From positions 96,001-160,000 of the IMG/VR virus record IMGVR_UViG_3300036715_001865: 64,000 nt of DNA. One strand, written 5' to 3'. Below, in pieces: positions 58,579 through 64,000 of this stretch. The translations under genes were made by a program, and so were the position numbers. Numbering within the stretch: the stretch's first letter is position 1; each line of letters begins with the position of its first letter. Under the pieces are notes generated by a model, which saw nothing but the letters and a program-made list of their open reading frames with translations, ran no database searches and was not told the origin of the DNA. The DNA is from a virus.

Positions 58579-59766
58579 ATGAGTACAGTACAGTGTGTAA
58601 TTGGGGCGATGTATGGTGACGAAGGCAAGGGCCTAATGGTTGATTACTTTGCCTCACAAAAACCTCTCAACAAAGTTGTTGTTAGATACAACGGCTCAAG
58701 TCAAGCAGGGCATACTGTTGTATGCCCTAATTCAACTCGACATATTTTTTCTCACTTTAGTTCTGGCACGTTCGTTCAGTGTGAGACACTATTAAGTGAA
58801 GATTTTGTTGTTCACCCAATTTTGTTCAAAAAAGAGTTCCTTGAACTGACATCTAAGGGACTTAGGCCATTGGTGTATGCACACGAAGATTGTTTGGTAA
58901 CCACCCCGTATGATATGTTAATCAACCAAATTATTGAATCTCGTCGTGGTAAATTCCGACATGGTTCAGTGGGTGTAGGATTTGGTGAGACTTTTGAGCG
59001 GGATTGTTATATGTCTATCAAAGTTTCTGACTTGTTTGGTAACCGCGATTCTCTCAAAGAAAGATTGATGCTAATCCGAGATCGTTGGGTTCCATCAAGA
59101 ATTCAGCGGTGTGAAGGTGAGCATGAGAAGTCTATGTTTGATGCAATCAAAAGTGATGCTCTTCTTAATAACTTTTTGTCTGATTGTAAGTTTTTTACAG
59201 ATAGAGCTAACATATTGTATTATGATAAATGGACACACAAAGATTTGATTTTTGAAGGGGCACAAGGTTTGATGTTGGATCAAACCTTTGGTTTCTTTCC
59301 ACATGTGACTAGATCTAATACTGGGTTAAAAAACATTATTAAAGTATTGGACCATTTTAAAGTGGAAGAATTGAGAGTAAACCATATCTCGAGAGCGTAC
59401 ACTACCAGACATGGCGCAGGTCCATTAGAATTTGAACAAGATTTTCCTGATAATATCATTGATAACACTAACCACGCGCATGTTTTTCAGGGTAATTTGC
59501 GTTACTCTCCATTAAATTTGGATGATATGCAAAATGTGATAAGTCAAGATTATGATAGTGTTCATGAGTTGCATAAGTATGACCTAGTTGAAGAAACCAC
59601 TATTACCTGTATGGATCAAGTTAAAGTAAATGACACAGTCCCACTTATTTTTAATGGTAGAATGCAACAAATACCAACCAAAGAATTTGAAGAAGGTATT
59701 AAAAACTCAGCAACCTATATGAGCTATGGGCCAACTCGTGACCATGTGTGGAGAGTGGTAGGATGA
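58579..59766 (+). CDS. purA: adenylosuccinate synthetase-like protein (PurA type)
   Basis: GDEGKG with Asp retained, QAGHT, FEGAQG, YTTRHGAGP. Confidence 0.88.
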   Translation: MSTVQCVIGAMYGDEGKGLMVDYFASQKPLNKVVVRYNGSSQAGHTVVCPNSTRHIFSHFSSGTFVQCETLLSEDFVVHPILFKKEFLELTSKGLRPLVYAHEDCLVTTPYDMLINQIIESRRGKFRHGSVGVGFGETFERDCYMSIKVSDLFGNRDSLKERLMLIRDRWVPSRIQRCEGEHEKSMFDAIKSDALLNNFLSDCKFFTDRANILYYDKWTHKDLIFEGAQGLMLDQTFGFFPHVTRSNTGLKNIIKVLDHFKVEELRVNHISRAYTTRHGAGPLEFEQDFPDNIIDNTNHAHVFQGNLRYSPLNLDDMQNVISQDYDSVHELHKYDLVEETTITCMDQVKVNDTVPLIFNGRMQQIPTKEFEEGIKNSATYMSYGPTRDHVWRVVG

Positions 59767-60047
59767 TAGACATCACACCAATAAACACCGTCAATTTTTT
59801 TGAAGTTACACAATACTTACAACAACAAACTGGTGATGACAAAATTCAACACCGGCTGTATGAATTATTAAAAAATGCCCAATATGGTAATCAAGATTTC
59901 TGTAACGATTCTTATTTTATTTATTGTGTGCCAGAATGTGAGGAATTGTTGAGTCCAGATGAATTGTTGTTGAAAAACACTTGTGTGGAGGCATTGGACA
60001 TGAAACACTCAGATTTTGGAACTATTGTGTTTTATGTAGAGTGGTAA
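59763..60047 (+). CDS. hypothetical protein
   Basis: ATGA overlap with the purA stop. Confidence 0.65.
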   Translation: MIDITPINTVNFFEVTQYLQQQTGDDKIQHRLYELLKNAQYGNQDFCNDSYFIYCVPECEELLSPDELLLKNTCVEALDMKHSDFGTIVFYVEW

Positions 60048-60048
60048 A

Positions 60049-60297
60049 ATGGCCAAAATAAAAAGAATTCATATTAATCAACACCACATTAAACACAACA
60101 AGCATCCTGAGGATATAAAACCAGTAATGACTATAAAATGTTCTGGCAAAACATTCATTGGGCAGGAAGTTGTTATATCTGGTGAGTCAAAAGTAGTGTA
60201 TAGACCAGAACACCCATTATCATGTGGTGCACATGTGTGGATTGAAACCAAATCAGATGTATATTTGGATGGTAAATTAGTACCATTCATAATTTAA
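60049..60297 (+). CDS. conserved phage hypothetical protein
   Basis: IHINQH..., PLSCGAHVWIET. Confidence 0.7.
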   Translation: MAKIKRIHINQHHIKHNKHPEDIKPVMTIKCSGKTFIGQEVVISGESKVVYRPEHPLSCGAHVWIETKSDVYLDGKLVPFII

Positions 60298-60319
60298 TTT
60301 TATTATAAGGAATACCACC

Positions 60320-61354
60320 ATGCTAAAAATGCAATGGGTTGCAATCATACTAATGCTAGTATCACATATATCAATAGCTGATGAAGATAATAGCAATTTT
60401 ATTGCTAGAAATCCAGGGAAGTGTACCTATCAAAATAGTACATTTTTGTCTCAACATAGTAGAGAGATTGAGTTGTATGCTGATTTATACAGTGTGCCAG
60501 TATTAATAGCATACCAATTAATTCAAATTGAAAATATTGAAAACCTACCCAAATGGGGTGATTGTCCAGTTGTTAAGATGAAATCTAGTACAGCAAGTGA
60601 CCTGGGGTTAGATATTACCGTTCCAGTTCAACATATTGAAGGTAGTATAAAGTATCTATCTATCAACTATAAAAAATTTAATGATTGGCCACAATCATTA
60701 GCAGGATACCATGCTGGCTCTAATAATAAAGCTGTAATAACAAAAAATTGGGATGTTTTGCCAGAAGAAACTAAGAAATTTGTATATAGTTTTGGTGGCA
60801 ATTTAATACCTGTACTAACCATTTCTCAATCTAATATTCCGAGATTTACTACTGATGGCAATGGCAATTTAATACCTGTACCAACCATTTCTCAATCTAA
60901 TATTCTGAGATTTACTACTGATGGCAATGGCAATTTAATACCTGTATCGGAGGAGCCCAAACCTGAACAACAGATAAAAAGTACAAACCAATCAAATATT
61001 CCTAAATTTACAAGAAAACCACCACCAGAAGTAGCTTCAAATCCAGAAGCTGCCTCAAATATTCCCGAATTTACAGAAAATCCATCCCCGGAGGCAAACT
61101 CAAGTATTCCCGAATTTACAAGAAATAAACAACCAGAAGTTCCCAATTATAGGTTTATTCAGAATGACCTACCACTTGGAGTAATAATATCCATTGTGTA
61201 TTTGTTCTTGTCTAATATAAGTATTAGGTTTTATGGGTGGGTAAGTAATTACGTACCATTTTTGCCAAAGGTTGCTCCACAGGTTTGGTGGGGGTTGTTT
61301 ATAGGTATCCCTTGCTATTTTATGGTAGTAAATTACATTGTCCCACAGGTATAA
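60320..61354 (+). CDS. SLT-like lytic transglycosylase domain with signal peptide, repeat stalk and C-terminal membrane anchor
   Basis: QIE.., IEGSIKYL, AGYHAG; SNIPxFT repeats; two C-terminal hydrophobic segments. Confidence 0.6.
   Translation: MLKMQWVAIILMLVSHISIADEDNSNFIARNPGKCTYQNSTFLSQHSREIELYADLYSVPVLIAYQLIQIENIENLPKWGDCPVVKMKSSTASDLGLDITVPVQHIEGSIKYLSINYKKFNDWPQSLAGYHAGSNNKAVITKNWDVLPEETKKFVYSFGGNLIPVLTISQSNIPRFTTDGNGNLIPVPTISQSNILRFTTDGNGNLIPVSEEPKPEQQIKSTNQSNIPKFTRKPPPEVASNPEAASNIPEFTENPSPEANSSIPEFTRNKQPEVPNYRFIQNDLPLGVIISIVYLFLSNISIRFYGWVSNYVPFLPKVAPQVWWGLFIGIPCYFMVVNYIVPQV
60796..60946 (+). repeat. 66-bp tandem repeat, 2.3 copies, in frame
   Basis: Units start at 60796, 60862 and 60928; encode GNLIPVxTISQSNIxRFTTDGN. 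Confidence 0.9.
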
Positions 61355-61358
61355 ATAA

Positions 61359-61395
61359 AAATAAAGAGCGGGTATACCACCCCCGCTCTTTATTT
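61359..61395. terminator. bidirectional terminator
   Basis: AAATAAAGAGCGGG / CCCGCTCTTTATTT between convergent genes. Confidence 0.8.
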
Positions 61396-62241
61396 GTTTA
61401 TTTTTTCAATCCTCCACCCCTTCCAACAACCTCTCTCCAATGGATTCCCGTGTCTAGCAGCTAATAAAAATTTATCAAACGGTAACTCTAAATCTTTACA
61501 AACTCCCCGTAAATATCCAGCTCCTATTAAGTCTCCACTTGGATTAAATACTTTACAGAACACAGCATTGCCATTTTTTTCACCTTGTCCACGCTTGTTC
61601 TTCTGCCATGTGGCTTTGCGCTTATCTATTAGGTCTGGTTGTTGTAGTGGGTGGGTATTAGATGTAAACATATCTGATAGTTGTTGTTTTCGTTCGAGTG
61701 TGTGAATATGCTTACCAGTTCTGGTTATAGCTCCTTTCTGGTGAGTTTCTGGGGTTGGTAGTGGAGGTCTGCAACCGGAAGCTAATGCTCTTTGTCTATA
61801 CTCGTCCCGAAGAGAGGGGTTGTTTTGAAATATTTGTTTCCTTATTGTGGACAGTTTTTCCTTGTGTTCATCTGATAGAGTTCGTCCAGATCTTTGAACT
61901 GACCACAATAATCTTGTATTAGATGTTGGTTGCCACCCTAAATTGGATTCTCCTCCTCGTGTGAGGTTATATCCATGTTCTGTTATAAAAGATTGATATT
62001 GAGTAATAAAATGAGCTTCCATTGTTTTTAGGGTGTGCTCTCCATCCAACGAACAATATATCACGTTAAATTCAAAGTTATCTATTCCATATTTTCGAAT
62101 TGCTTTATACAATGGACGATTATTTGTTTTTGATACCGTAATATGTTGATTCCATCTGGATATTGGGTTTTTTCTGTTAGTGTACCCAACATATAGCTTA
62201 CCATTAACTTTGTTGATAATCTTGTAAATATAATGTATCAT
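61390..62241 (-). mobile_element. GIY-YIG homing endonuclease with NUMOD3-like motif
   Basis: YIYKIINKVNGKLYVG, GYNLTRGG, LSDEHKEKLS; CATAAATA at 62269-62276. Confidence 0.88.
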
Positions 62242-62273
62242 TACTTCTCCTACTAATACTATTGAGGTTATTT

Positions 62274-63404
62274 ATGAATATAACAAACACAGAATACCAA
62301 ACCATGTTAAAAATTTGTCAGGATGGCACTTTTTATTTTAATGACCAGTCTATAGGAGCTAACTTATTCAGAATGTTTAATTATAGATTGGCTAGTTATA
62401 CAGATTGGTTAGTTGACCCTATCACGTTTGAGATGCGTGGATTGATGGTAGAGATTGATAGTAATGGGGAATTTTTACGAGTTGCATCTAGGCCACCAGC
62501 TAAATTCTTTAATCTAAATGAAACCCCATTTGTGCAAAATGTTGATTTGTCTGTTGGTGGTGTTGTCAATGATAAGTTGGATGGCTCTCTAATGAGTACG
62601 TTTTGGTACATGGATATAAATGGAGTTATCCAACTTGGGGTGAAATCCAAAATGTCTTTGATTTCAGACCAGTGTGTACAAACAACAGAGTATCTCCAAC
62701 AACATCCAATATTGAGACAAGAATTGTTGGATTTAGCCCGTAAAGGATTTACAGTATATTGTGAAATTTGTGGTCCAGATAACCGTATTGTTGTTGGATA
62801 CCAAGAGCGAAAGCTAACAGCATTGGGCATTCGTGATAATATAACTGGGGAAGAATTACCTCCAACAACATCCTCTATATTATCAAATGGTCATTGGGTC
62901 AATCATTTTTATTCAGATGATATAGCAAGTGTTGTATCAGGGATAGATGATTTGGTGGGAATTGAGGGGTATGTAATACAGTTAAATAGTGGAATTCGAT
63001 TCAAAATTAAATCTAACTGGTATCTATCTTTGCATCACTGTAAAGATTCGGTGAATAACCCTCGTAGACTATTTGAGGCTATTGTTGATGAAGGTGTGGA
63101 TGACATCCGTAGTATGTTTCATGATGATGCTTGGTTAATCAATCAAATTGATGAAATGCAAGTAACAGTGGATAAATTGTACAATGATATGGTTTCTGAA
63201 GTGGAACACTTTTATGAAGTGCATAAAGATTTAGACCGGAAAACTTATGCTATTTTGGGGCAAGAATTAGTTACCAAGATGTATTTTTGTTTAGTTATGG
63301 TAAAATATGCCGGTAAAATTCCAGACTATAAAACGTTCCTCAAATCAAAATACAAAGAGTTGGGATTTGTGGATAAGGCTATCAAAGAAACAGTTGAAGA
63401 ATGA
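62274..63404 (+). CDS. rnlA: T4 Rnl1-like RNA ligase
   Basis: RGL, PPAKFFNLNE, KLDGSL, EGYV, FKIKS.WY...H. Confidence 0.9.
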   Translation: MNITNTEYQTMLKICQDGTFYFNDQSIGANLFRMFNYRLASYTDWLVDPITFEMRGLMVEIDSNGEFLRVASRPPAKFFNLNETPFVQNVDLSVGGVVNDKLDGSLMSTFWYMDINGVIQLGVKSKMSLISDQCVQTTEYLQQHPILRQELLDLARKGFTVYCEICGPDNRIVVGYQERKLTALGIRDNITGEELPPTTSSILSNGHWVNHFYSDDIASVVSGIDDLVGIEGYVIQLNSGIRFKIKSNWYLSLHHCKDSVNNPRRLFEAIVDEGVDDIRSMFHDDAWLINQIDEMQVTVDKLYNDMVSEVEHFYEVHKDLDRKTYAILGQELVTKMYFCLVMVKYAGKIPDYKTFLKSKYKELGFVDKAIKETVEE

Positions 63405-63652
63405 AAAAACAAACTATTGCGGTTAAGGTGGAGGGATTTCCTCCACCTATTAATAAGCACAATCGTGAGATGTTTAGGAAATTTCATGAAAGCCATTTCC
63501 TATCAGCTCATCCACTACCTTCTTCCCCGTCGGTGCAATATAGTGGTGCAGATGAAGATGATGTTTCATTAATTGTGAAAATGACAATATCATTAATAGT
63601 TGGGGGGTTATTTGGATTATATTTGTATGTTGCCCAAATAGGAAGTATATAA
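63401..63652 (+). CDS. small membrane protein
   Basis: ATGA overlap; C-terminal hydrophobic helix. Confidence 0.6.
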   Translation: MKKQTIAVKVEGFPPPINKHNREMFRKFHESHFLSAHPLPSSPSVQYSGADEDDVSLIVKMTISLIVGGLFGLYLYVAQIGSI

Positions 63653-63717
63653 CTCAGTTGATTTTACTATACAATGATGTATAATATGATTTTTAATTAT
63701 TACAAATAGAGGTAAAC

Positions 63718-64000
63718 ATGAAAAAACTCACAACATTAATTACAAGCTGCATTTTTGTAGTATTGTTCCTATTATCATCATTAGCTGATGCCAAAGGTGG
63801 TAGTTTTGGGGGGCGGTCATCTAGTTCTTCATTCTCATCATCACGGTCATCTAGTTCTTCATTCTCATCCCGACCATCAATTTCAGTAAAAAGCTCGGCC
63901 ACTTCAGCCTCAACAGCCCACACATCGAAGCCAATCACTGTAACTCGGGACAATGTGATGAGTTCAATTGGCAAGCGGGGTGCAACGGGTGATGCAGCTG
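63718..64000 (+). CDS. exported Gly/Ser/Arg-rich protein, 3'-truncated (absent from the ORF track)
   Basis: GAGG RBS; MKKLTTLITSCIFVVLFLLSSLADA-KGGSFGGRSSSSSF; 30-bp-period repeat at 63814-63869. Confidence 0.75.
   Translation, partial: MKKLTTLITSCIFVVLFLLSSLADAKGGSFGGRSSSSSFSSSRSSSSSFSSRPSISVKSSATSASTAHTSKPITVTRDNVMSSIGKRGATGDAA

Noticed and set aside
58579-59766. PurZ (2-aminoadenine genome pathway)
   Set aside because: GDEGKG retains the PurA Asp rather than the PurZ Ser, and no DatZ-like gene is adjacent
35263-60946. CRISPR array
   Set aside because: All direct repeats found are contiguous in-frame tandem repeats without unique spacers; no cas genes
63693-63974. Minus-strand ORF with DDENEELDDR repeats
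   Set aside because: Antisense of the Ser-rich plus-strand gene, which has the promoter, RBS and signal peptide
1-64000. Stop-codon reassignment
   Set aside because: Core genes are full length in the standard code; the breaks seen are frameshifts or insertions

Overview
AT-rich segment of a large lytic dsDNA phage, most likely a T4-related jumbo myovirus; the host is probably proteobacterial (inference). The genes read intact in the standard bacterial code. Contents: virion/tail genes; a T4-like replisome (PolB, helicase, primase, probable clamp, RNase H, two-subunit topoisomerase II, NAD ligase); nucleotide metabolism (nrdAB, thyA, DHFR, dCMP deaminase, Prs, PurA, NMNAT-Nudix, MazG-like); translation/RNA repair functions (tmRNA, tRNA-CAT, Rnl1, Thg1, Def); counter-defence candidates (Acb1, macro domain); and seven homing-endonuclease-type loci. 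Sigma70-like and T4-late-like (TATAAATA) promoters are both present. Highlights: (1) a circularly permuted two-piece tmRNA under a late promoter, (2) nrdB fractured by a naturally split intein with a GIY-YIG gene between the halves, (3) a PlcP-like phosphoesterase plus glycosyltransferase pair suggesting phage-driven membrane lipid remodelling, (4) a symmetric hairpin array resembling a replication origin, (5) two endonuclease insertions that left orphaned duplicate gene ends, (6) a PAAR-peptidoglycan hydrolase fusion, (7) a J-domain pseudokinase/vWA/PurA module. All family calls are from motif recognition by eye; no database search was run.
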